From a virus (taxonomy: Duplodnaviria > Caudoviricetes), in the IMG/VR virus record IMGVR_UViG_3300023175_000036, positions 1 through 60,502 of that record: DNA of 60,502 nucleotides. The stretch is one strand, 5' to 3'. Below are positions 27,432 through 38,800 of this stretch, piece by piece. Made by a program: the position numbers and the translations under genes. The notes below the pieces were generated by a model. The model was not told where the DNA came from, did not search any database, and saw nothing but the letters and a program-made list of their open reading frames with translations. Numbering within the stretch: the first letter of the stretch is position 1; every line of letters starts with the position of its first letter.

Positions 27432-28576
27432 TATCCGTGTCCTCCTAAAACAGTTGCAGCAGCAGTTGCGCAAGCACCTGAACTTTGTCCGTAGTGTCCT
27501 TTAGGCATACAATCAGCACCCATTGTTACTTCTGAATCAGTTGAGTGTGTTTGCTTAATTGTGTGGTTATTTTGTTGTCCGTCAAAGTGACCCATAATAT
27601 AACCATGATCCTGACCGTCTTCAACATTATCTTCACCGTAACTTCTTACTTTGTTAAAGTTTGCTAGTGTAGTTCCTGTTGAATCGCTAAATCTTGCTTT
27701 ACCTGAAGTAACGTTATTGCCAGTACCAACATAATGGTGTCCCCATTTAGTTGATTGTATTTTACAATGGAAGTCTTTACCCCAACCACCCCAAACACCG
27801 GTACCAGACCATGTTGAGTTTGACCAAGTTACATATCGATAGTCGGATCCCCATTCAAAATAACCTCTAAGTTCTCCCGAAGCTGCTGAATTTCCTCTAC
27901 CGCTTTGACCTGAATCCCAACCAGTATACATAACTTCACTTGGAAAATGCATACGGTTAGTTGCACTAGAGTTGCCACCGTTAATCCATCCACCTTGTCC
28001 TTTGATGTCTGAACAAGCTGAACAATCAACTCTGGCTACGTCCATTGCCATACCACCTACGTGGTTACCAAAGCCAGCAGAACCATAACCTAGTCCTTCG
28101 TTCTTTGGATCATTGCCTACGTATCCATAACTAATACCACTAGATGAAAATCCATCAGCAGTAAACATACGTATACTTCCGTTTGCTAGACTATAACTCG
28201 AAATATTTGCTGTTGCGCCACTAAAGCCACCACCAGATACAATATAACCATAAAAGTCACTATAGTTACCATCTGTGTATGCTTGAGTAAATGATAATTG
28301 TTCACCACAGTAAAGTGTTGTATCGGTTAAATGCCAAGTTTTGTTTACACTACGCCATGGATTAGATCCTTTATAGCCTGCTGCTAGATATCCATGCGTG
28401 TAAATGGAACGATATCTCCAAGCATTGTTATCAACTTGACCTATGCCTAGTGATCCGCCGCCCATGTAGCCCCAAAATGCTGAACCTTCACCATCTGCCA
28501 TAAGTTCAGCACCGCGAGTTGCATCGCTACCTGCCGGTACTGCTGTAACTTCTTGGGTTCCGATGTAGAATGCCAT
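27431..28576 (-). CDS. Gly/aromatic-rich putative virion protein, paralogue 1 of 3
   Basis: Same conserved blocks; abuts the S74 fibre gene. Confidence 0.75.
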   Translation of the reverse strand: MAFYIGTQEVTAVPAGSDATRGAELMADGEGSAFWGYMGGGSLGIGQVDNNAWRYRSIYTHGYLAAGYKGSNPWRSVNKTWHLTDTTLYCGEQLSFTQAYTDGNYSDFYGYIVSGGGFSGATANISSYSLANGSIRMFTADGFSSSGISYGYVGNDPKNEGLGYGSAGFGNHVGGMAMDVARVDCSACSDIKGQGGWINGGNSSATNRMHFPSEVMYTGWDSGQSGRGNSAASGELRGYFEWGSDYRYVTWSNSTWSGTGVWGGWGKDFHCKIQSTKWGHHYVGTGNNVTSGKARFSDSTGTTLANFNKVRSYGEDNVEDGQDHGYIMGHFDGQQNNHTIKQTHSTDSEVTMGADCMPKGHYGQSSGACATAAATVLGGHG

Positions 28577-29494
28577 TTATGCAGTCCCCTTCAATCCTTT
28601 TAGTTCGTTTATTTCTGCTTGTAAATCTTTTACTGCTTCAACTAATAGTGCAACCATGTTTTGATAGTTAATTGCTTTAGTACCCATTTCGTCTTTTTGT
28701 GTATGTACCATTTGTGGTAATACTTCTTCAACGTCTTGAGCAATTAAACCAATTTGGTTATCTCTACCATTCATTGTATACTGCTTGCCTTTTAGTCTTA
28801 AAACTTTTGATAGTGCATCTTTAATATCTGTAATATTAGATTTCAATCTTACGTCTGAGTTTGAAATAACGTCACCGCCAGCTGTAATGTCGCCGGTTGT
28901 AGTAACAGATGCTGCACTTAATGTTCCTGTAATAGTAATATTTGCACCAAAACTTGCACCGCCTGTTGTACTAAATGATGCAGCACTAACTGCTCCAGTA
29001 AAAGTACCTGAGGCTGCACTTAACCCGCCAGTAATAGTTAAATTACCTGTGTTAGGAGCAAATTGAATTCTACTTGAATACTTAACGCTAGAAAGAGTAC
29101 TTCCAGTTTCACTTGAAAGCAATACTCCAACATTTCCACTTGCTGTATCACTTGCTAGTGCAAGCGTCTTTTGTGTCCAACTTAATGCACCCGAACCGTT
29201 TGTACTTAAAACGTACCCATTAGTTCCGTCTGCTCCTGGTAATGTAAAAGATACATTGTTAGTAACTGCTGCCGGAGATTTAAGTGCAACATAATTTGTA
29301 CTATCTGAATCTGCTAATCTTAATTCATTACCGTCGTTGACTTGCATTGATGCTGTCGATTTAACAATACCAGTACCATTTGGTTCTAACACAACATCTG
29401 CGTTAGCAATGATGCCGGAAATTGAATTATCTTCAACAACAATTTGACCTAATATCGGTCTACCTACTTTACCTGTTGATACTTTTCTAGCCAT
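28577..29494 (-). CDS. Tail fibre protein with C-terminal intramolecular chaperone (peptidase S74-like)
   Basis: NSDVRLKSNI..IGLIAQDVE.VLP..V..INY..MVALLVEAVKDL coiled-coil end; LPGADG..GYVLSTNGSG.LSW. Confidence 0.85.
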   Translation of the reverse strand: MARKVSTGKVGRPILGQIVVEDNSISGIIANADVVLEPNGTGIVKSTASMQVNDGNELRLADSDSTNYVALKSPAAVTNNVSFTLPGADGTNGYVLSTNGSGALSWTQKTLALASDTASGNVGVLLSSETGSTLSSVKYSSRIQFAPNTGNLTITGGLSAASGTFTGAVSAASFSTTGGASFGANITITGTLSAASVTTTGDITAGGDVISNSDVRLKSNITDIKDALSKVLRLKGKQYTMNGRDNQIGLIAQDVEEVLPQMVHTQKDEMGTKAINYQNMVALLVEAVKDLQAEINELKGLKGTA

Positions 29495-29504
29495 AGTTTA
29501 TTCC

Positions 29505-29831
29505 TTATGCTGTCGATGTTTCAATGCCATATACAACACATGTTGTATTTGCATCTGATGAACGAGCAAATACTTTTCTATCTGCTTCTAGAACAATACC
29601 AGTTCTTTCAAGTACGCCGTTTGGTAGAATTTCTGTTTCATATTCTAAGTAATCGTCGCCTTGTGGTAATGCTTGTCCTGGTTTTGCTAATGCTAACCTT
29701 ACAGTCACTGAAGATGAGTTTTTATTACAAAAATTCACCGATACTACTGCGAAGTTATCATTAGGACAGTCGTATATTTCAGTATACGTTGCTGCTGCTA
29801 GATCCGCTGATCCTAATACTCCGTTTGCCAT
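29505..29831 (-). CDS. Small beta-rich putative virion protein (paralogue of 45194-45523 and 58376-58741)
   Basis: IY..P..V.VNFCN..I.PNG.L...IVL...GIE pattern; AGGAG SD and GATAAATA at 29880-29887. Confidence 0.7.
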   Translation of the reverse strand: MANGVLGSADLAAATYTEIYDCPNDNFAVVSVNFCNKNSSSVTVRLALAKPGQALPQGDDYLEYETEILPNGVLERTGIVLEADRKVFARSSDANTTCVVYGIETSTA

Positions 29832-29895
29832 TTTTTAAATCTCCTGTTATATGCTAGATGTTTCAACATTATCTATTAATATTTATCCATTCCCC

Positions 29896-32800
29896 TTATC
29901 GCTGGAAGTAATTCCATGCTAAAGGATATCCTAGTACTGTTCCACTAAACACTACATTTGCTCTGATGTTAATTGGTGAACCACTTACTGTTGTAATTTG
30001 TGTACCGCCTATAAAAATATCACCTGCTGTAACACTGTTAACAACTAGTGTAGCACCACCACCACCAATTTGTGATTCAATGTATGCTTTAATTGCACGT
30101 TGAGTTGGAACAATAGTATCACTGTTTGCAGTAAAGAACGGGTCTGTACTAAATTCAGTAATACTTGCTGAGTTACCACCTAGTGTAACTTCGCCCAGTG
30201 TAAGTTCTTGTAGACCTGCAATGTTAAATGCTTCAGCGTTCAATGTAGCAACACCAGTTGCCTGTTCAACTTGGAACAAATCACCAACTCTAAAGTTACC
30301 ATCTTGGTCAGTAGCAGTATAGAACACTCGTCCGCCGTCTGAGTCTACAGTTTCGTTTGACTGTACAGGATCGTTAACCGGAACTCCTGGATAATTAGTA
30401 TCTACAAAGTTACCTGTACCAATGTCTAGGAAGTCGTGTCCTGTTAGACGTACTTGCGAGAATCTAATACGCATTGTTACTGGGTCACCATCTACTGGAG
30501 CATCAGTAACTGTCATACTTGGTGATATTTGTAAGAATGCAGTATAAGATCCATCATTTGAACCAATAAAGGATACTGTACTAACCAACTTAAAGAACTG
30601 TCCTGGTAAACTGTCAAATATAACGTTTGATCCTGGAACTGGTCTTGAAGTTAACTGTCTTACTGCAATATATGCGCCATACTGGTTAAAGTCAGCACTA
30701 CCATTACTTGCTAATACATTTAAAGAAGCAGTTGATGATGTATAACCGCTACCTCTATGTATAAAGGTTGGGTTAGCAAGTGCTCCGTTACCTATTCTAA
30801 CAACAGGAGTTACATCTTCAATGTTGTTAGGATCTGTAATAGTAATTGTAGGTGCGCTTGTATATCCTGAACCTGGTTCGTAAATTCTAAACTCAAATAT
30901 TTGCTCATTTGCAATACCTGCTCTTGCTTTAGTAGTAGCACCAATGTTAGCATATCTTGCTCCTGTGCCACTAGCATTAGGAAGTATGCTAAACACACCT
31001 GCTTTTTCTGGATTACCAAACGCAACTGCGTTAAAGCCACCGGTAACTGCACCGCCTGTTAGTGTATATGCTTGCCAGTACAATCCATCTTCTGAATACT
31101 GAATTTCGTCAGTGTCGTCTGAAGTAATTACAAACACGCCTTGTCCGTATGCAACTTGTCTTTCTGTTGCAGTTAATGGAAGTGTTAAATTTCCTGCTCC
31201 TGGAATTGTAGGATTGTACCAGTTAACACCGTCTAATGAATACATTACACCATTTGTTCCACCAATTACAACAAATCTTCCATTACCCCAAGTAACATTT
31301 CCAGCGATTGTGCCTGGTAGTGTTGTATCTTGCCAAACAACACCATTGTCTGAGTAAGCAACACTTGTTGTTCCAGTTCTTGCAGCAACATACAAACCTT
31401 TACCATATGTTATACTGTCAAACCCAATTGCACTTAATGCAGATGATTGTAAGGTCCAGTTTTGACCACCGTCATCTGAGTATGCAATATCTTGATCAGC
31501 ATCACTAATTACAACAAATCTGTTAACACCGGATGATACATTACCAAATGCAATTGAATTTTCGCCTGCACTGCTTAATGCTCCAGGAAGTGAACCTGCT
31601 GTCCAAGTATCACCGTCTGATGTTCTTACAATACTTCCTGATCCGTCAGCAACAATAATTGTTCCCATTGGATGGAATGTTGTTGATCCATCATCTAGTA
31701 GTCCTGTGGCAATATCTGACCAGTTACCTGCACTTGGTGCTGTAACATTTTGTGCTGTCCAGTTAATACCATCATAACTCTTAGCGCCATTACTGCTATC
31801 ACCAACTGCTAGGAAGAATCCTGCTCTACCATGACCAGTAAAGTCAAAGTCAACAATTCCGCCATTTGCATCTAATGATGTAATTGTTACTGTAATATCA
31901 TGAGTAGTATCTACCCCGTCTAAGTTAGAACCTTTAATAGTTACTGTATCTAAACGTAAATAGTCACTACCTGCTGCATTAATTGTAACATAGTATTTGC
32001 TGCCATTTCTTATAACATCAAAAGTTGCGCCAAAACCGTCTGATTCTGTTTCAGACGCTACGTTTGTGTATTCGCCCGCTGTTTGAATCCACTTATTTGC
32101 ATGCCATGTTGTTGTAGTTGGTAGAGTTGATGCTCCGCTTGTTTTAGCTGGAGCAGTAAAATCTACATATGCTTCAATTTCATAAGTTGAAGTTGAGTTT
32201 GGTGCTTCCCAAGGCCATCCTGGAACAACATGATCCCATCCTGCTGCTCCGTCTGATTCTCTAATAACTGTTAATGCTTTTGATCCAGCGTTGTAAGTAT
32301 CAATAATACCATATAGACCAACACCAGCACCGCCAGTAATTTGAACTCTCATGCCCGGGTATGCAGTTGAAATGTTACCGTCTGTAGCAGAAATTGTAAG
32401 TCCTGTTGCACTACCAACCTGCGCAGTGTTTGATACGTTTAAGTAACCTGTACCACCTTGAGTAACATTTGGAGTTTCATCAACTTGTACTTGATATGTT
32501 GCGCCATCACGGAATTCATCTGAAAGAACAATTTCATTATCGCCTGGACCAAAGAACTCAATTTCTGCTTCAGTATATTCATTACCAGCATGGTTGAATT
32601 CAACATTTAAAAGTTCATCAGCATCAGTATTAACTATTGCAATAGTTGCATTATACTGGAACTTGTTATCAACAACACCAGTTACTGGAGTTTCTTCTGG
32701 ATCGGTGCCTTCTGCTACTGATCCAAATGTGCCATAAGAGTTGTTACCGTTAGTAGCACGTATACGTCCACCGTTTTCTGCTAGATAACCAACGTGTGAG

Positions 32801-35800
32801 TAATATGTAAACACTGACACAAGTTCTGCTCTACCATTGTTAGTAATCCAAGCACCAATACCATCACTAATTAACTGAGTGAAGTCGTTTGATACCATAG
32901 AGTCGTTACCGCCGTTGTGCAATGCACCGTCAATTTTCTGACCAATTGCACCATAACCAAAACATGTACAGTTCTGCATGTATGGAGAACGCGAAGTAAT
33001 CCATACACGAGTATCATTTGGACCCCAACCTGGATCTAGTGAACTATAAGCACCCGCTGTTGGACGTCTTGTTCCATATGCGTTTGCAGGACCTAGATCA
33101 CCTTTTAATCCGTCTAGTGTCTGTAGTCTTAGTCCTGTACCGTTACGCATGTAGTAGAAATCTTCTTCTTGCGATCCTAAAACAGCATTTACATACCAAC
33201 GTGCTGCTAGTTTTGTTCTATAGCAACCTGGACGATATAATGTTATGCTATCTGTGTATGCACGTTTCCATTGTTGTGGATAGTTTAGATCCCATTTCAT
33301 ACCAAAGATAATTTCATTTAAATCTCTTGTGCATAATTGTAAATTATAATCATAATCTGCTTCTAAACTAAACATTGAACTATATGTTTTGTCAACATAA
33401 CGAACAGTTCTATTTGCAATTAGTTTTGCTTTATCTAATGCAGGTGCAATTTTATCTATACCAGCTGCACCAATGTTACTTGTTGGATATGTTTTACTTG
33501 GAAAACTTGAATTGTTACCGCTACCAGCTGCTGATTCAAAAATTCCTACAAGTGTTTGTGCTTTAGTTGCATCAGCTGCTGAACCAGCAGCGTTTGAAGT
33601 ATCCTGAAGTCCACCACTTAACTGAGTCCAACTTGCTGAGTCATCTAGTACAATGTTATCAATAAATGATTGTAAGTAGTTAAATGCAAGGTTACCAGCT
33701 GTTCTATTATTGTCTAAGTTAGAAATAAACGCATTTCCTACAAAATATCTATTTGCAAGTCTCCAAGATGCACTATTTCCTCCATATGTTAAGTCATATG
33801 CTAGTGCTTCTACAACGTATCCAATTTCTGTTGTAAACTGAGCAGTGTCCATAGTAGTGTAAATTGCATTGTAGTTTTGATTTAACCACTCTAATACTTC
33901 TCCAACTATAAATGAGTTATTAGCTCTTACTTGAAGTGCTGCATTAGTTAAGCCAGTATATGAATATGCATTTGCGTTGCCGGAGCCGTTAGTAACAATA
34001 TCAGTTACCTCGTCGAATGCAGCATTTGCTCTTGTTAACCAAGTTCCACTATTACCTGTTCTTATGGCTTTCAATGCTGCTGTTTCTGCTTTTGCTTTAC
34101 TAATACCTGCGAGTATTTCAGTTGAAGCATTGCTAGTTTGTGTAGCATTATCACCAGTTACAAAGTCTAAACCTAATGTTACAGCGTTATAGTTTGTGTT
34201 AAAATAAGAATCGTATACTACACCTTCAACTATTTCTTCAATATCTACACGAAGTTTTCCTGTATCAACATCTGATGTAATAAAATCTTCTCCAGTTAAT
34301 GAAACTGCTGTTCCACCTGGTGTAGCAGAAATTGTTAATGTTGTATCTGAAGTAATATCTTTAACATAATATGTAGTTCCAGAAGCTAATCCTGCATTAG
34401 TAATTGCATCTGCAGAGTCATCTAAATTAACAAATCTAATTGCTTGGTTTTGTTCCATCCAAGTAGTATCAGAAACTGTAAGTTCGTTTGTTCCTGCTGT
34501 AGAGTTTGAAACGCCTACAGTAAACCATTCATCAACATATTTTTGAACTTCAGAGACCATAAAGTCTTTGTTTAGTTCAATCATTCTAATTGCATTCCAG
34601 ACTTCCTGATCAGCAACACCTTTGTTACTGCCTTCTGGAGTTGCATTAAAGATAGTATCGTCGATCCAATCCCAAGTATTATTAATTGCATTAATGCCTT
34701 TAGCAGTTGCGTTACCATCAATAGCATTAAGTACTTGTACCTTTGCATATTCAAATGCTGCAATACTTGCAGTCTTTTGATCGCTTACTACATTACTGCT
34801 TGGAGCTCTCAAATATGAATGAGCTGCAAACATACCTGCAAAGTTTGTATTCATCGCATAATCATAAACTGCTGCATCAATAATTAATCCAACATCTCTT
34901 GAACATTTAGCATGATTATAATTAAAGTCATTATATGTATCACTAATATATTGTACTACATCAAGAATTGTTTGTGCTTTTGCATTATCAATAGCAGTTT
35001 TTTCAGTTTGTAGTGTAGCACTTACTCCTAGAGAAGCAAGATTTGGATATGTCGCTGCTGGCATGCTATTAGTGTTTCCTGCTGTAAGGACGTCTTCAAT
35101 AATTTGCATGTTTGCAAGTAAAATGTTGCCTTCAGTTGACGTAGCTGGACTACCTGACTGTGTTTGTGTTTCAGCATTACCAGATGATGTTGTAACAAGA
35201 ACTTCTCTTGCAATCTGATCTAAAACTGTTGCAAGCCTATCATATGCTGCGGCAGTTTGTGCTGTTTGATCTGCTGGGTAAGAGTCGCCATAAATTCCAA
35301 AATATGATTCAGCAATACGTGTAGTAGACATTGTACCACCATAAAGAATATCATATTTCATTGCTTCAACAATAAAGCCTACATCTCTAGCACACTTTGT
35401 TGAATTATATGTAAAGTTAAACCAAATACTGTTTGGATCTGGATTAGTTGTAGTATTTTCTAATACTTGATCATCAATCCATGCAGTAATTTCAGCTTCA
35501 ATAAATGCCTTGTTTGCTTCTAAGTTATTAAAAGCATCGTCTGCATTTGCAGTTGGAAGCGAACTTGGTACAGGATAACTTAGTGTATCTGCTGCGGCAG
35601 ATCCGTTTTCAATAATATCAACAATTTCATTAAATGCTGCATCACTACGTGCTTCTGCTGTTGCATCTGTAATATCAGCTTGTAGCTGATCTCTTGCATA
35701 ACGTAAAGCACCAATTGTTTCTTTACGTTGCCCTGTTAAGTTGTATGCATTTGTAGGACGTTGATAAGCAAGTCCTGAGAACACACCATTATAGTTTGTA

Positions 35801-38800
35801 CCTAGTGCAACATCATATGCAATATCAGTTATAATGTTTGTTAAGTCTCTACGACATATTGCACTATTATAACGGAAACTACCAAAGTTTTTACTAATAA
35901 AGTCAATTGTTCCTGTTTGAATTGTTGACTTATCGGCATTAACTGCTGTTTGTAATACATATGCATCTGAATCAGTTGATATTGTTGGATATGTAATTGC
36001 TGGAGCACTTGCATAACCTAAATCAATAGTAGTAATAATATCATCCATTAAATCGCCAATAGTAGTTGAAACTGCTATTGAGCCACCTGTACCTGCAACC
36101 TGTGGAACAGGTACTGTAGATACATCGCCGTTTGTTGACGGAGTTTGATAAGTTGGATTAACAGTAATATTACGTCCTGTTGTTTGCATTAATTCTTTTA
36201 GATATGCGTATGATGCAAGTGTTGCTGCTTTTTCTGCACTGTCAATTTGTAAATTGCCAGAAGCACCGTTAAAATATGCTTTACCTGTTTCAACACTCAT
36301 CCAGTTGCCGCCATATGTCAAGTCGTAAGCGACAGCATCCAAAATTAATCCAACATCTTTAAGACATCTAGTTTTGCTGTACATTAAATCTGGATATTGA
36401 TCTGCTAGATATGCTTCAATCTCTGCTTTAATGAATGGCTTGTTAAGTAAGAACAAGTCTCTTGAATAACCATAGTTAGCATCAGATAACTCGTATGCAG
36501 GAGTATAAATTGCTTCAATTTTATCACCAATTGAACTATCAATTTGTCTACGTACTGTACGTGCTAATTTTTGTACTTGTGGTCCAACTACGTCAGTTTC
36601 TGCATAAGGCCATGTTTGATCTTGTAGTTCAACATTTCCGCTTGTTGCTGTAACTGCAACGCCTTCAACAATGTCACCGACAATTTCTTCCATTCTTTCA
36701 AGTGCTTTGAAACTGAATGGAACATCTTTTCTTGGTGTTAAAGTGCCGTTGCCTTGCTTTCTAGGCTGTACGTTTGTTGCACGAAGTTCATCGCCCATAA
36801 TACAACACTCTGCTGGAACAATAATTGGAAGTACTTCGTTGTAGTATCCAGTAGAAACTTTAACAAGTGTAGTTGGTACTAATTTCTTAGGCATACTTCT
36901 TTCATTGCCTTCAGCAATAGTATCTGTAATAATGCCTACATTTTCTGTAATGTGCGAAATTACATCTTCTGCAGAAATGTTAGCATCAAACCATTGTGCT
37001 ACAACCGCAGTTGAATTATCACCGTTTGTAGTTTGATAGTTAACACTAGGTGCTGTTTGATTAAGTACATTTTCAATAACTGATAAACCATAGTTAATTG
37101 ATGCAATAGTTTGATCTTCTTGTCCTAATGTATAAAGTGCCGATCCTGTGTCTACATATGAATATGCAGCGTCCCATGAATACTCGTTGCCACCGTGTTT
37201 GATATCCCAAATAAGTGCGTCAACAATATAGCCCATGTCTCTTTCACACATTGAACTATCATAGTCTAAGTTTTCCCACATGCTACCAACGCCAGCATTA
37301 GCAATTTGATAATCTGTCCATTCAACAATTTCACGTTGAATAAATCTTCTGTTAATTTCTAGTAGTTTTGCTGCATTAGGATTTTTTGTTCCTCTTTCAA
37401 TTTGTTGTGTAGCATAACGTATTGATTTCCAAGGACGATCGATTGTTTTACCATAAATTGGTGCAGGGTTATCTTTACCGTGTCCTGCAACATAGTAAAC
37501 ATCGTCGGTATCACCAATGAACTCCCAGTTAGGAAGTCCTTCAGCATTGACTGTTAAAATTTGGCCATCTTGTCCAATTGGCAATCTCGCTGGTGCTGAA
37601 CCGCTATAGTAAACTAAGTCACCTTTTGTTGTTAATACAGATTGTTCTGTACCAACAGCAACAACCTGCCAGTAGGTACCAGTTAAGTCTAAGTCTGGGC
37701 GAGAATTTTGTGCGCCACCTAGTGATGAATAATCATCACCTTCTGAAATATGTCCTAAAATACAAATGTATGAGTTATCACCGTAACGTACAATGTCACC
37801 ATCAAAATATTGTTGATCGTCTAACCAAGCACCTCTCCAGTTCAAACCTGAAGTAAATTTTTTCCAGTAAGTTGCATTTGGTGGTTCTTGGTTATTGTGA
37901 TCTTGAATACAAATATAAGTATAACCACCATAACGTACAACATCACCTACTCTATAGTCTTGGTTTGAACTGTCTGCTGCCCAGTCATCTAAGAAACGGA
38001 AGCCTTCTGTAAATAGATCCCAGTTTGCTGTACTTGTTGAAGGAAATTCTCCGCTGTGATCTGTTTTTGCAATATACTGATAACCGCCATACTGTACAAT
38101 ATCGCCTGGTTGATAATCTGCATAAGCGTCCCATTCGCCTTCGTACTGGAATCCTTCTACAAACTTTTCCCAGTTAGCACTATCACTACCAAACGATGTA
38201 GCTGCTGTATGAGAAGCAGTTGAAATCCATAAACTTGCACCATAACGTACAACGTCATTAACTTTATATCTTGTTCCAGTAACCCATTGTGACTTATAGT
38301 CTAAACCTTGGTTTAGATAATCCCATTTAGATTGGTCGTTTTCAAGTCCTAATGATAGAGAATTTGCTGATGTGTGTGCAGTGTTACAAACATATGTTGT
38401 ACCACCGTACTTAACAATATCATTTAATTTATAGCCAAAACTAGTTGTCCAATCACCCTTCCAAGATAATCCTTCGCCAAATGTATCCCATTTTTCTGCA
38501 TCTGTTTCAAGACCAACAAGTGAAATATCAATATCAGCATCAACTGCCATGTTGTTATGATTTGCACAGTAATAGTATAAAGGATCTGGTGTTGCGCCAG
38601 TTACTGCAATTCTAACTTCTCTTGTAGTTGCTGCATCAAAGCCTGCTACGTATGCTGTGCTGTCAGCAACAGCAGAACCATCTAGGTAATAAGTTACACC
38701 TGTTGTGTATTCTGTTCCACCGTTGTGAATACCGTGTTGTGTTTCACTAAACAGTAATGGATGAGTATCGTTTGACGCATCATCTTGATTAAATGTATAT

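Noticed and set aside
27432-27473. Cys-rich N-terminus MRNCCCNC of ORF 26289-27473
   Set aside because: Artefact of an upstream start inside the previous gene; paralogy supports MAFKLG at 27431.
25136-28576. Diversity-generating retroelement (template/variable repeat) explanation for the repeated paralogues
   Set aside because: No reverse transcriptase in the window, all copies are full coding genes, and differences are not confined to adenines.
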